Position numbers and translations under genes: made by a program
Part shown: positions 60,706 through 60,852 of the stretch, in pieces
How positions within the stretch are numbered: the first letter of the stretch is position 1
Layout of the letters: each line of letters begins with the position of its first letter
Notes under the pieces: generated by a model
What the model was told of the DNA's origin: nothing
The model's database searches: none
What the model saw: the letters and a program-made list of their open reading frames with translations, nothing else
NCBI GenBank assembly: GCA_963823335.1
Contig: CAWGLD010000010.1
Span: 1 to 60,852 of the forward strand
Reading direction: 5' to 3'
DNA from: an uncultured delta proteobacterium
GTDB taxonomy: Bacteria; Desulfobacterota; Desulfobacteria; Desulfobacterales; B30-G6
DNA length: 60,852 nt

Positions 60706-60852
60706 ATAATATACAACTTTGGGAAAAAAATAAAGAGTGAGCTGTAGTAAAACATGGTATCACAAATCAGTGTTCTCTCAATGAAATGATGGTATCACAA
60801 CATTATTTCTGGCGGGATTAATAGATTTCTAGCAATATTTTCAAGAGTATGG

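Overview
A ~61 kb bacterial chromosomal segment. Gene content and repeat style suggest an anaerobic sulfate-reducer-like deltaproteobacterium (Desulfobacterales-like; inference). Housekeeping blocks: a MarR plus 2-hydroxyacyl-CoA dehydratase/activator operon; an Fe3+/AfuABC-type ABC transporter; lemA-NYN; MFS-fmdE-lnt; an acyl-CoA dehydrogenase; two divergent ABC-F ATPases; a complete nitrogen-assimilation cluster (glnE-glnD-glnB-glnA-gltB-gltD) facing a GAF-ANTAR regulator; the TIGR03545/03546 pair; purF; DUF47-PiT; a DEAD-box helicase and cold-shock protein; TetR-aminotransferase; nfeD-SPFH. The most notable items are not in the ORF track. (1) A hidden selenoprotein: a C_GCAxxG_C_C family gene with an in-frame UGA at the conserved Cys and a SECIS-like hairpin. 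(2) An AT-rich accessory island (~23.3-31.9 kb) with a GAF-GGDEF cyclase, two c-di-GMP-I riboswitches (each with a terminator) ahead of an FN3/'GCFI'-tail secreted protein, a 162-bp direct repeat bracketing that module, and an IS110 remnant whose leader loop matches its own flanking DNA (bridge-RNA-like). (3) Several MITE/REP-like repeat families. (4) A structured leader with a terminator ahead of the DEAD-box helicase. All family calls come from motif recognition by eye; no database searches were run.
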